The notes under the pieces were generated by a model, which saw only the letters and a program-made list of their open reading frames with translations, was not told the DNA's origin and ran no database searches. Both the position numbers and the translations under genes were made by a program. Below are positions 26,227 through 35,518 of a DNA stretch of 64,000 nucleotides, one piece after another; the stretch's first letter is position 1, and the number at the start of each line of letters is the position of its first letter. This DNA comes from Bdellovibrionales bacterium (GTDB lineage: Bacteria; Bdellovibrionota; Bdellovibrionia; Bdellovibrionales; JAGQZY01). Where the stretch lies: assembly GCA_019750295.1 (NCBI GenBank), contig JAIEOS010000048.1, forward strand, positions 68,467-132,466, written 5' to 3'.

Positions 26227-27213
26227 CTACTGCGAGCGGAAGTTACTGACCTGATCGATCATGCTTTTAATGGCTTTCATTTGGGCCCCGCTTTTCGTGG
26301 CGTAATTGGCTCCAGTGAACCCGAACCAGTCCCAACAACCATATGGATTTTTCTGAGCGATCTTATCCGACTGAGGATAGAGCACAACGATGTTATTGGA
26401 CTCGGCCCATTCGTTATATCCAGCGTGTTTTACAAATTGATCCTGAATGTCGGAAGGACTCATTTGGCAGCCATGGAGAGCGACATGAAGTCGACAGCTG
26501 GCACCGGCTCGACAGGCGGTGGGGACGTAAATCCACCCAGTACTATAAAGCGGAGTGGAAGAGTTTCCGAAGGCTGACTGAGAAAAAGGAATCAAGTTTT
26601 CTGCAACGAAACTTCCGCGGGGTAAGAGCTGAGCGTAAAGCTTTTCGAGCAATGTCCCAGCTGTGTCCATCTGACAATTGAGAAGCCACGGAGATCCGCC
26701 GGCACTGCAGCTGCTTCCGTAATTTAAAGTCGGGAAACCATGAGCCGTCGATTGAACGTAGTCTTTAATGATTTGCGAGCTCGGAATAAAGTTTTGCATA
26801 AACTGAATCAGACGGTCGCTATTGCTCGGATGAATAATATAGTCCTTCGTGCTCGCAAAAACATAAACGATATCATTGGATAAGTTTTCCAGAGCGTCGA
26901 TCTCATTTAAAGATTGATACGTTTTAGCTTGTTCGATCTGTTTGAGCGGAGCTTGCTGTTTTTTGATTCCCGCACAATCGATTTGTGCTTTGAGTGTTTC
27001 TCCCTGAGCGCACCAATAAACTCCTCCAGCGATACTGGCCGAGCCGGAAAACGTTTGCGAATAGGCGACGTGCAACTGCGTAGACATGTACGCGCCCGAG
27101 GAAATTCCAGAAACAGTAATTCCGTTTTGATCGATATTCAGCTGGGGCAGAGCTTGAGGGTAAGCCGTAGCGGGGAATGTGCAAAGAACTAAAATTAAAA
27201 GTTTAGACAGCAT
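26227..27213 (-). CDS. secreted esterase, PHB-depolymerase family
   Basis: 328 aa with a signal peptide. The nucleophile elbow is GISSGAY. The blocks HVALHGCQ, WAESNNIVVLYPQ and NPYGCWDWFG are typical of the PHB depolymerase esterase family. GGAGG lies upstream of the ATG. Confidence 0.78.
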   Translation of the reverse strand: MLSKLLILVLCTFPATAYPQALPQLNIDQNGITVSGISSGAYMSTQLHVAYSQTFSGSASIAGGVYWCAQGETLKAQIDCAGIKKQQAPLKQIEQAKTYQSLNEIDALENLSNDIVYVFASTKDYIIHPSNSDRLIQFMQNFIPSSQIIKDYVQSTAHGFPTLNYGSSCSAGGSPWLLNCQMDTAGTLLEKLYAQLLPRGSFVAENLIPFSQSAFGNSSTPLYSTGWIYVPTACRAGASCRLHVALHGCQMSPSDIQDQFVKHAGYNEWAESNNIVVLYPQSDKIAQKNPYGCWDWFGFTGANYATKSGAQMKAIKSMIDQVSNFRSQ

Positions 27214-27268
27214 ACAACCTCCGTGTTGGTGGGATTATGTTAAGCCGTGGGACTCCGAATCCGCAAAT

Positions 27269-27293
27269 AAAAAAGCCTCCGAGCGGAGGCTTT
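27269..27293 (-). terminator. rho-independent terminator after the 27371..27910 lipoprotein gene
   Basis: GCCTCCG-AGC-GGAGGC, flanked by A6 on the + strand, which reads as a T-run on the minus strand. Confidence 0.7.
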
Positions 27294-27338
27294 GTGTCGT
27301 CGTCTATCTGAGCGATCGCTAAGACTGTAGTGACGCGC

Positions 27339-27365
27339 GAGATCCTTTGCGGAGCAAAGGGTGAC
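27339..27365 (-). repeat. degenerate minus-orientation copy of the 27-nt element, containing a CCTTTGC/GCAAAGG hairpin
   Basis: The minus strand reads GTCACCCTTTGCTCCGCAAAGGATCTC, about 20 of 27 matches to the family consensus. It starts 6 nt after the stop codon at 27371..27373. The hairpin is 27344..27350 paired with 27354..27360. Confidence 0.55.
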
Positions 27366-27370
27366 CCGAT

Positions 27371-27910
27371 TTACTTCGCGGTCATCCTGATGGTTTTGTC
27401 AGCAAGAGCGGCTTCCACAGGAGAGAATTTTCCGTCTCCATTGACTAGGGACATTGAGGCGTTTCCAACTGTTCCGCAATAGTAAGAACTGATGTTTTTG
27501 CACGAAAAACCTTTAAACGAATGTTCTTCAGCGATTTCCATGCAGTCGGACTTACTGAGTGGTTCATTATCCTCATCTTTATCGGCAATCACGATATCGT
27601 GGACTGTGTTTGCGGGATCCATGATGGTCGCGACGTAAGCGAAGTTGTTGTAACCTTTGACTTGCTTACTGAGAGCTTTGGCTCTCGCTTCACAGTCTTT
27701 GGCCGTATGGTCGGGCTCAACGATGTTGGAAACAAGAAAGCGACCTTTGGCGCTCATACGATCTTGCATCACATGATAGATTTTTGCGTTTTTATCGGGA
27801 GGCGGAGGATTGGCCGAAGCGGGGAAGCGACCATTGTTGTCGGGCCTATCGTTACTGCTAGAGCAAGCGATGATAAAAGTTAGGCACGGTATGAGAAGTA
27901 AGAAGCGCAT
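27371..27910 (-). CDS. lipoprotein, hypothetical
   Basis: 179 aa with lipobox FIIAC. A strong AGGAGG lies 4-5 nt upstream of the ATG. No family recognised. Confidence 0.7.
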   Translation of the reverse strand: MRFLLLIPCLTFIIACSSSNDRPDNNGRFPASANPPPPDKNAKIYHVMQDRMSAKGRFLVSNIVEPDHTAKDCEARAKALSKQVKGYNNFAYVATIMDPANTVHDIVIADKDEDNEPLSKSDCMEIAEEHSFKGFSCKNISSYYCGTVGNASMSLVNGDGKFSPVEAALADKTIRMTAK

Positions 27911-27960
27911 TGAACCTCCTGTTTAAGCGCGGAAACTCGAATTTCTTGGAGTCTGCCTCT

Positions 27961-27990
27961 ATTATGTAGGACGTCGCTTTCGACGATCAA
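27961..27990 (-). promoter_or_regulatory. candidate sigma-70 promoter for the 27371..27910 gene
   Basis: The minus strand reads TTGATC, an 18-nt spacer, then CATAAT, about 50 nt upstream of the ATG. This is a pattern match only. Confidence 0.25.
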
Positions 27991-28055
27991 TTTATTGTGG
28001 AAAACCTGAAAGAATTTGCACCAAGGCCGAGAGCCTAAAGTCCAGCCCCCCAAAC

Positions 28056-28147
28056 TGTCCGGCAGGTACGCCGATACTTTTTGAGAACCGGTGCGTCTAG
28101 AGCTAGACGCACCGGTTCTCAAAAAGTATCGGCGTACCTGCCGGACA
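28056..28147. repeat. 92-bp perfect palindrome P2 (45-bp arms, 2-nt centre)
   Basis: Arms 28056..28100 and 28103..28147 were verified as exact reverse complements (TGTCCGGCAGGTACGCCGATACTTTTTGAGAACCGGTGCGTCTAG / CTAGACGCACCGGTTCTCAAAAAGTATCGGCGTACCTGCCGGACA). Confidence 0.9.
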
Positions 28148-28150
28148 AAT

Positions 28151-28179
28151 AAAAAAGCCCACGCTGGGGTGGGCTTTTT
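28151..28179 (-). terminator. rho-independent (bidirectional-looking) terminator after phaR
   Basis: AAAAAAGCCCAC-GCTGG-GTGGGCTTTTT. The stem is GC-rich with T-runs on both strands, and it lies 25 nt past the phaR stop. Confidence 0.75.
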
Positions 28180-28203
28180 GAAACATCTGTTCTAAATCTA
28201 AGA

Positions 28204-28728
28204 TTAGAACTTGTTGTTCGGATTTGGAAGACTTGGAGTTTCTTCAGGGACTGGTAAAGTCGTGTAGTCTGAACTCTCCTGAGTGGCTGCCTGGGCGATG
28301 CGGTTTTCGATAGATTGCTTTACAGTATCGTAAGACTGAGCGGCTTTATCGATCACAGATTCCTGCTGAGCTGACTTCGATGTTGATGGTTGAGCCGCTT
28401 TAACGATGTATTCTTTAGGAAAAGCACCGAGTTTCGCGAGGTAGCTCGAAATGCTGCCGTTGGCGTGCTGGATGATTTCTCTTAAAGTGAAAAGGGGCGC
28501 GTATTGAGAAGCCTTCTTTTCGGATTCAAAGATGATTTGTGTTAACGTGGCTGCCGTAATGTCATTCTTTGATTTGTTATCGATCACCATAACTTCTTCG
28601 TCAGAGCGGATCATTTTGGCGATATCATCGAGCGTAACATAACAGCTCTGTTGTGTGTCATAGAGCTTGCGGTTTTGGTAACGCTTAATAATTTTCACCT
28701 TTTTGTTGTCTTGGCTCGTGTTAATCAA
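28204..28728 (-). CDS. phaR: polyhydroxyalkanoate synthesis repressor PhaR
   Basis: 174 aa. The N-terminus IIKRYQNRKLYDTQQSCYVTLDDIAKMIRSDEEVMVIDNKSKNDITAATLTQIIFESEKK is characteristic of PhaR. TTG start with GGGAGG 6 nt upstream. Confidence 0.85.
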   Translation of the reverse strand: MINTSQDNKKVKIIKRYQNRKLYDTQQSCYVTLDDIAKMIRSDEEVMVIDNKSKNDITAATLTQIIFESEKKASQYAPLFTLREIIQHANGSISSYLAKLGAFPKEYIVKAAQPSTSKSAQQESVIDKAAQSYDTVKQSIENRIAQAATQESSDYTTLPVPEETPSLPNPNNKF

Positions 28729-29099
28729 AGGGTCCTCCCACTTGGTTTCTTTAGCTTAGCTTGTAGTGACTCGACTATTTATGCAGCAAGAAGCCGTTCA
28801 GAAAGAGCTTATATTCGCTGTTTCTTTAGGCTTTTTGCGCTCTGTAGCGTCGTCGGAACAGCGCGAACATAGAACTGGCGCCACATGTTGTCAAGCCTGG
28901 CCCGGAGCGTTTTAAATATTCTTTCGCCCGTCTTTTCATCAGGGATAAGCCCCAGGCCTCAGGACTACAAAGGATTTCTTATAGAATCATAAAGTATTGA
29001 AATAATTATATTTTGTTAGAATTGGACCTAGGGATAGTTCTCCGAATCAGCCTCAACTCCCAGGTGCGGATCACCGATACGGACTATATGGGAGACGTA

Positions 29100-30932
29100 A
29101 TGCGTCTAAATCAAAGTATCGGATTCGTGGGTCTAATTGCCTGTTTGAGCGGCTGCTCAAGCTTTCCTCTTTCGTCGCCGGGCGTGTACAAAAGCTCAGC
29201 TTATGATGTGAAGGGTGATGCGCCTCAAAGTATGGCGTTATTGCCTGAAGAAAAACTCAACGAAATACAATCGCAAAGCAAAGCGGATTACCATTTCACT
29301 CTTGCTGAAACGTATAGCATGCAAGGGGAATGGGCAAAAGCCATCGAGAATTACAAAATGAGTTTGGTGTACGATCCCAACTCTTATCGCAGTCACTTTC
29401 GTTTAGCGGGAGAGTATGTACGCGCGGGCCTCGTCAACCAAGCGGTTGAACATTGCGAATTCTCTCTCAAATCAAATCCGAAATTTTCAGAAGCTCAAGT
29501 CCTGCTCTCGAGCCTTCACTCCGTATTGGGTTTCCACGAAAAAGCACGTCAAGGATATCGTCAACTTTTACAGATCGACCCCGCCAATCAAGAAGCCTCT
29601 CTATTGTTAGGGGCCACTTATGTTGACGAAGGTAAAATGGATCAAGCCATTAAGTATTTTGAATCGCTCGTGAAGAACTCTCAGAGTCCCTATCTCGTAT
29701 GGTATTACATTGGTCGTACTTATCTTCAGAAAAAACCAGCAAGTATGGATAGCGCCGAAGTGGCTTTTAAAACTTCGGTCCGTTTGCAGCCTCAGTTTGT
29801 TCAGTCTGTTTTAGAGCTAGGATCTATTTACGAAAAGCGCGGACAGAACGAAAAAGCCCGCAATCTTTACGAAGGCTTCCAGAAAAACTATGGTCCCGAT
29901 GTTACGGTCGCCGAAAGCCTTGTGCAGATCTATCTCGGCGATTCCAATTATGCGAAAGCCTTCGAGCAGCTTAAAATCATCAATGATTTAGATCAAGGTA
30001 ACCTCAACGCCCAACTCAAAATGGCATTTATCCTTGTCGACCAAAAGAAGTACAAGGAGGCAATTCCTCTTCTCGAAGCGATTCTCCATCAGACACCTGA
30101 TTCGGATCGCGTGAGATTTTATCTTGGAGCCGTTTATGAAGAAGTCAAAGATTACTCCGCCGCGCTTCAAGCGTTTAAGGGTATTCCTAGAACCAGCAAA
30201 TATTATCCCGATGCGATCATGCACGCAGCCTATCTTTATAAATTAACCAATGATGTGGAGAGTGCCCTCGCATTGTTAGAGAAAAGTTTACCGATCCTCG
30301 ACGATAACCCTAAAATCTACGCACTTTATGGCTCTCTATTAGATACGCAAAAGAAATATGAAGAAGCGAAGAAAGTTCTAGAGGCCGGTGGAGAAAAGTT
30401 CCCGAAAGATACTCAGCTTCTTTATCAATTGGGCGCGGTCTATGATCAGCTCAATCAAGTCGAGAAAACTGTAATGGCGATGGAAAAACTCTTGGCCATT
30501 GATAGTAACCACATTGAGGGGCTCAATTATCTGGCCTACGTTTATGCGGAAAAGACTCAAAATCTCGAGACGGCAGAGAAGCTGGCCCGAAGAGCGTTGG
30601 CATTAAAACCGAATGATGGTTTTATATTGGATACTCTCGGTTGGGTTTTGTTTAAACAAAATAAAATTGCAGAAGCCATTCGGACTTTAGAAAGAGCCCA
30701 TCAGTACGAAGATGGAGAGAGCGTCATTGCCGAGCATTTAGGTGATGCTTATTTTAAGAATGAGTTGCCGAATAAAGCAAAAGACATGTACATTAAAGCG
30801 GTACAGAATGAAAAAAACGAAGCTAACGCTAGAAAAATAAGAGACAAAATTGATACTATTGAAGTCCGCATCCAGTCCGAGCAGAAAATCCGTAATCGCG
30901 TTCCCGCATCGGCTCCTTCTTCGGGTAAGTAG
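29100..30932 (+). CDS. tetratricopeptide-repeat lipoprotein
   Basis: I place the start at ATG 29100, with GGAGA 5 nt upstream. The lipobox is CLSGC. TPR-like repeats run throughout the 610 aa. Confidence 0.8.
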   Translation: MRLNQSIGFVGLIACLSGCSSFPLSSPGVYKSSAYDVKGDAPQSMALLPEEKLNEIQSQSKADYHFTLAETYSMQGEWAKAIENYKMSLVYDPNSYRSHFRLAGEYVRAGLVNQAVEHCEFSLKSNPKFSEAQVLLSSLHSVLGFHEKARQGYRQLLQIDPANQEASLLLGATYVDEGKMDQAIKYFESLVKNSQSPYLVWYYIGRTYLQKKPASMDSAEVAFKTSVRLQPQFVQSVLELGSIYEKRGQNEKARNLYEGFQKNYGPDVTVAESLVQIYLGDSNYAKAFEQLKIINDLDQGNLNAQLKMAFILVDQKKYKEAIPLLEAILHQTPDSDRVRFYLGAVYEEVKDYSAALQAFKGIPRTSKYYPDAIMHAAYLYKLTNDVESALALLEKSLPILDDNPKIYALYGSLLDTQKKYEEAKKVLEAGGEKFPKDTQLLYQLGAVYDQLNQVEKTVMAMEKLLAIDSNHIEGLNYLAYVYAEKTQNLETAEKLARRALALKPNDGFILDTLGWVLFKQNKIAEAIRTLERAHQYEDGESVIAEHLGDAYFKNELPNKAKDMYIKAVQNEKNEANARKIRDKIDTIEVRIQSEQKIRNRVPASAPSSGK

Positions 30933-31500
30933 TCTTCTTTCATTTGTGGTGCTGGCCAACTGTCAGCACAAAGTCCCAACTCCAGGTCCAATTCAGTTTT
31001 TTAAAGGCAAAGCCCAAATCTTTGATAAGCAAAAAAATAAAACGGATTATGTGAATTTCGAAGCCTCCGTGGAATACCCACTACGGTTGCGTTTAGACGT
31101 GAGCATGGTCACCATCGGACTTCCTCTCGCCGTGCTCGCGATTGACAACGAAAGAGCAACGATGCTCAGTCTTAACGATCGCAAGGCTTACCAAACGGAG
31201 CAAAGCAGTTTACTTTTAGAGCGTTTATTGAAAGCGCAGATTTCGGCCTATGACATTACCGGTGCTTTCGCAGAACGATTTCCTTTGAGTCGTGCGTGGT
31301 CCTGTAAAAAAGAGGGCGATGTTCACCAATGTAGAACGTCGGGGGTAAGTCTCGAGCATACGATGGCGCCAGAACAAAGTCGCCAAATGGTGATCGATAG
31401 CGAGCGCTCGAAGGTGACACTGATTTATCAACCGACAAGCTCTGGTTCGACTCAATTCAACGTGAAAGTTCCCAAAGAGTTTAAGTCCATCGAACTTTAA
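30850..31500 (+). CDS. lipoprotein, LolB-like / DUF4292-like (start uncertain)
   Basis: The lipobox is VVLANC. The only in-frame start upstream of it is TTG 30850, which overlaps the TPR gene by 83 nt. The fold assignment is an impression from the sequence pattern and the neighbouring TPR gene. Confidence 0.45.
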   Translation: MILLKSASSPSRKSVIAFPHRLLLRVSSLLSFVVLANCQHKVPTPGPIQFFKGKAQIFDKQKNKTDYVNFEASVEYPLRLRLDVSMVTIGLPLAVLAIDNERATMLSLNDRKAYQTEQSSLLLERLLKAQISAYDITGAFAERFPLSRAWSCKKEGDVHQCRTSGVSLEHTMAPEQSRQMVIDSERSKVTLIYQPTSSGSTQFNVKVPKEFKSIEL

Positions 31501-31638
31501 AAAAAGCTCGAGAATAAAAGTTAGTCATTTTCCAAAACTTTTCAAGCCACTTGCGTACCAATCTGATTCTTCCAGAGTTGAACACATCTCATTTTTACCG
31601 CACTTGGGTTAGTATATTTCTTAGCAAGGGGTATTTTA

Positions 31639-32037
31639 ATGAAGTACTGCACATTACTGATTTTGGCCTTATGTACCATCAACTGCAGTTCTCTCTCCAG
31701 AGGACCCGCCAGTGTGAGCGTATCGCGTGAAGTGACCGGCCGACCGGCGGAAGGTCTCTTTGCAAAGATGAAACAAAATCCGAACTCCGAAGTTGTTAAT
31801 CGTTTTCGCCATATCACCGGTGAGAGCCAAATCTTTACCGTCGAGCGAGTCGCTCTAGGGCAAGACGCCTGTGAAAAACGCGAACTGGGTGGTTCGATCA
31901 CCTATAAATGTGTGCAGAATGCTCAATATGATCAAGAGATTTTAGATCGCGAAGGTTATCAACCTCCTCCTCCAGACGAACCCTATAAAGTTCAGAAAGA
32001 AGAGTACCGTTCGGAGTACGTGGAGCTAAGGTACTAG
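31639..32037 (+). CDS. lipoprotein, hypothetical
   Basis: 132 aa with lipobox CTINC. AGGGG lies upstream of the ATG. Confidence 0.6.
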   Translation: MKYCTLLILALCTINCSSLSRGPASVSVSREVTGRPAEGLFAKMKQNPNSEVVNRFRHITGESQIFTVERVALGQDACEKRELGGSITYKCVQNAQYDQEILDREGYQPPPPDEPYKVQKEEYRSEYVELRY

Positions 32038-32063
32038 TCCACCTGAGCCCAGCGAAGGATCTC
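32037..32063 (+). repeat. copy 3 of the dispersed 27-nt element
   Basis: GTCCACCTGAGCCCAGCGAAGGATCTC, 24 of 27 matches to the consensus. Its first base is the last base of the preceding stop codon. Confidence 0.7.
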
Positions 32064-32315
32064 GGGCGCGAGTGTCTCACACAGGGACAGATAAGACCCT
32101 CGAATGAGACATATAAGCTACCTTTTTGAGACAAAAAATCTGTGTTAATTTTGATTATTTATTAAACTTTCCCACCTAGACTTGTGTCTAAACTTGGGGC
32201 TTAAATCCGCGCCTAAGGTATCGAAAATTGAGTAATAAACTGTACTAAGGCATAATAAATATACGTGGCGGCTGTCTTTTAGGCCCGTAACCCTCGCCCG
32301 TTTCAAGGAGAGAAA

Positions 32316-34397
32316 ATGGCATCGAACATCAGTCTCGCTAGCATTATCAATAACTGGAAAGATAAAGATGACTTCAAAGACCTGGCTTGGCACGGGACCT
32401 TCGATGATTATCTGGCGATGATTAAAGAGTCTCCTCGCATTACAAGGAACGCCTATCAGCGTATGTACGACATGATCATGGAACATGGTCAGGATGAATA
32501 CATCGACTGTAAAAAGAAAATCACTCGTTACAAATTTTTTGATGATGCTGTTAATGATGGTAAAGACGGAGTGTTTGGTCTCGATATTCCACTCATGAAG
32601 CTCGTCAATGTATTGAAGGCCGCATCTTTGGGTTACGGTACAGAAAAACGTGTTATTCTCCTTCACGGTCCCGTGGGAAGTGCAAAGTCGACCATTTGTC
32701 GTCGACTAAAAAAAGGCCTTGAGGCTTACTCAAAAACAGAATCGGGAGCACTCTATACTTTTGAGTGGGTCGATCATAATGGGGATTTGGGCGATATCCT
32801 CGGGAAAGATGTAAAATCCTTTACCAGTCCTATGCACGAGGAGCCTCTCCTCTTAATTCCAGTTCCTCTCCGACCTAAAGTTGAAGAAGAACTCAATCGC
32901 GGCATGCAGGGCGAGTTTAGAGTTAAAATCGACGGGGAACTTTCTCCTCCGAGTCGCTTTATTTTTAAAGCACTCATGGAAAAATATAATGGTGATCTTC
33001 AAAAAGTTCTTTCTCACGTTCGCGTCAAGAGATTGGTTTTAAGCGAAGCCGATCGTATCGGTATTGGAACCTTTCAACCTAAAGACGAGAAGAATCAAGA
33101 TAGCACAGAACTGACGGGTGATCTGAACTACCGTAAAATTGCTGAGTACGGGTCGGATTCTGATCCACGCGCTTTTAACTTTGATGGAGAATTTAACGTC
33201 GCTAACCGCGGAATGATAGAATTCGTCGAAGTCTTAAAGTTAGATGTAGCTTTCTTGTACGATCTCCTCGGGGCTTCGCAAGAGCACGTCGTAAAACCTA
33301 AAAAGTTCGCACAGACTCACATTGATGAAGTGATCATCGGGCACACCAACGAGCCGGAATATCGTAAACTTCAGAACAATGAGTTCATGGAAGCTCTTCG
33401 CGATCGTACCGTAAAGATCGATATTCCCTATATCACCAAATTAGGTGAAGAGATTAAAATTTACGAAAAAGATTTTAACAAGAGACGCATTAGAGGTTTA
33501 AGTATTGCTCCGCACACGATTCAGGTGGCAGCGATGTGGGCCGTATTAAGCCGTCTTGAGAAGCCGAAAAAGGCCAACCTCACTCGTCTTCAAAAAATGA
33601 AGTTATATGATGGTAAGACTTTACCGAATTACACAGAGGACAATATTAAAGAGCTTCGCAAAGACACCATTCGCGAAGGCCTCGAAGGTGTTTCTCCTCG
33701 GTATATTCAAGATAAGATCTCTAACGCCCTCATTCAAGCTCAGCAATCCAACCGTGGATCGGTCAATCCGTTTATGGTTCTTAACGAGCTCGAATCTGGT
33801 CTTAAAAACCACTCATTAATTTCTAACGAAGAACTTAAAAAAGAGTATCGTGAGTTGATCGATGTTGTAACCAAAGAGTACGAAGAGATTATTAAATCCG
33901 AAGTTCAAAGAGCGATCAGTGCGGATGAAAGCGCGTTGTCTCGACTTTGCGGCAACTATATCGATAACATTAAAGCTTACACGCAGAAGGAACGCGTAAA
34001 GAATACGTTTACGGGTCGTGATGAAGAGCCGAACGAAAGACTCATGCGTTCGATCGAAGAGAAGATTGATATTCCTGAGTCGAGAAAAGATGATTTCCGC
34101 CGTGAGATCATGAACTACATCGGCGCCCTTTCTCTTGAAGGTAAAAAGTTTGATTACAAGATGAACGAACGTCTCCATAAGGCCATCGAACTTAAGTTGT
34201 TCGAAGACCAAAAAGATAGCATTCGCTTATCTTCTCTCATCACGTCTTCGGAAGTGGATAAAGAGACGCAAGTAAAGATTGATATCGTTAAAGCACGTTT
34301 GATTAAAGATTTTGGTTACGACGAAATCTCCGCAACGGACGTCTTGCAATACGTCGCAAGTATTTTCGCTCGTGGGGATGTAAAGGATAATAAGTAA
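32316..34397 (+). CDS. prkA: PrkA family serine protein kinase (AAA-type N-terminal domain)
   Basis: 693 aa. Walker A is [12 protein letters not shown]. Overall length and sequence are typical of PrkA/YeaG. GGAGAG lies upstream of the ATG. Confidence 0.93.
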   Translation: MASNISLASIINNWKDKDDFKDLAWHGTFDDYLAMIKESPRITRNAYQRMYDMIMEHGQDEYIDCKKKITRYKFFDDAVNDGKDGVFGLDIPLMKLVNVLKAASLGYGTEKRVILLHGPVGSAKSTICRRLKKGLEAYSKTESGALYTFEWVDHNGDLGDILGKDVKSFTSPMHEEPLLLIPVPLRPKVEEELNRGMQGEFRVKIDGELSPPSRFIFKALMEKYNGDLQKVLSHVRVKRLVLSEADRIGIGTFQPKDEKNQDSTELTGDLNYRKIAEYGSDSDPRAFNFDGEFNVANRGMIEFVEVLKLDVAFLYDLLGASQEHVVKPKKFAQTHIDEVIIGHTNEPEYRKLQNNEFMEALRDRTVKIDIPYITKLGEEIKIYEKDFNKRRIRGLSIAPHTIQVAAMWAVLSRLEKPKKANLTRLQKMKLYDGKTLPNYTEDNIKELRKDTIREGLEGVSPRYIQDKISNALIQAQQSNRGSVNPFMVLNELESGLKNHSLISNEELKKEYRELIDVVTKEYEEIIKSEVQRAISADESALSRLCGNYIDNIKAYTQKERVKNTFTGRDEEPNERLMRSIEEKIDIPESRKDDFRREIMNYIGALSLEGKKFDYKMNERLHKAIELKLFEDQKDSIRLSSLITSSEVDKETQVKIDIVKARLIKDFGYDEISATDVLQYVASIFARGDVKDNK

Positions 34398-34423
34398 TTT
34401 TTTTACTTTACGTTAGGGAATGA

Positions 34424-35518
34424 ATGTCCATACGCAGGGATCAGAGTCGATTTAAGGATATCGTCCGCGGGAAAATACGCGAAAACTTTAAAAAGTATGT
34501 TACGCAGGACGAGCTCATCGGTAAACGGGAAAAGGAATTCGTTAAAATTCCGGTTCCCTATATCGATATCCCCCGTTTTAAATACGGCCCCAAACAGCAG
34601 GGCGGTGTGGGGCAAGGTGAAGGCCAACCCGGTGATTCCGTGGGTGGTGAACCTCAAGAGGGACAAGGGCAAGCGGGGAATGATCCGGGTGAGCATTCGC
34701 TGGAAGTCGAAGTGTCATTTGACGAGCTCGCCGATATTCTCGGTGAAGAATTGCAACTTCCACGCATTGAGCCTAAGGGTGGAAAAATTCAAGACGAAAA
34801 GACGAATTACACCGGAATGGCTCCCGTGGGTCCTGACTCCTTAAGACATTACAAGTCCTCCTATAAAAGAGCATTAAAAAGGTATATTTCGAGCGGCACT
34901 TACGATCCGAAAAATCCAGTGGTTATTCCCGTGCGAGCGGATATGCGCTACCGGTCGTTTAAAACGACGGAAACGCCTCAAGCGAATGCGGTCGTGATTT
35001 ACATCATGGACGTTTCGGGATCGATGGGTGATGAGCAAAAAGAAATCGTTCGACTGGAAAGTTTTTGGATCAATGCGTGGTTAAAGAAACATTACAAAGG
35101 CTTAGAGACGCGATTTATCGTGCATGATGCTGCGGCCAAAGAGGTCGACGAGGATACTTTTTTTAAAACCAGCGAATCTGGTGGAACTCTCATCAGTTCC
35201 GCTTACAAATTGTGTCGGGATATTATTAATGAACACTATCCTCCGAGCCAGTGGAACATTTACCCCTTCCACTTTAGCGATGGTGATAACTGGAGCAGCG
35301 ACGATACCAAACTCTGTATGAATGTTCTCAAGAACGAACTTCTGCCGTATGTTAATTTTTTTGGCTACGGCCAAGTCGAAAGTAAGTATGGCAGTGGGCA
35401 GTTCTTTAAAGATCTGGAAAAAGAATTTCCGACCGAACAAAAAATGATTTTAAGTAAGATTAAAAACAAAGAGGCCATCCTGGGCTCGATCAAAGACTTT
35501 TTAGGAAAGAAGCGATAA
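34424..35518 (+). CDS. DUF444 family protein (YeaH/YhbH-like, vWA-like)
   Basis: 364 aa. It has a Gly-rich acidic loop [13 protein letters not shown] and a vWA-like block [16 protein letters not shown]. Its position after prkA is the conserved one. Confidence 0.9.
   Translation: MSIRRDQSRFKDIVRGKIRENFKKYVTQDELIGKREKEFVKIPVPYIDIPRFKYGPKQQGGVGQGEGQPGDSVGGEPQEGQGQAGNDPGEHSLEVEVSFDELADILGEELQLPRIEPKGGKIQDEKTNYTGMAPVGPDSLRHYKSSYKRALKRYISSGTYDPKNPVVIPVRADMRYRSFKTTETPQANAVVIYIMDVSGSMGDEQKEIVRLESFWINAWLKKHYKGLETRFIVHDAAAKEVDEDTFFKTSESGGTLISSAYKLCRDIINEHYPPSQWNIYPFHFSDGDNWSSDDTKLCMNVLKNELLPYVNFFGYGQVESKYGSGQFFKDLEKEFPTEQKMILSKIKNKEAILGSIKDFLGKKR

Noticed and set aside
27880-28122. 80-aa minus-strand ORF
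   Set aside because: It runs through half of the 92-bp palindrome and the promoter region of the lipoprotein gene. It is an artefact of the stop-free palindrome arm.
32266-32281. TGGCGGCTGTCTTTTA as a possible sigma-54 promoter for prkA
   Set aside because: The -24 GG is present, but the -12 element reads TTTT instead of TTGC. That is too weak to call.
32145-32666. 173-aa minus-strand ORF overlapping the prkA start
   Set aside because: It is antisense to the well-supported prkA N-terminus and extends into the AT-rich upstream gap. Its sequence is low-complexity and not protein-like.
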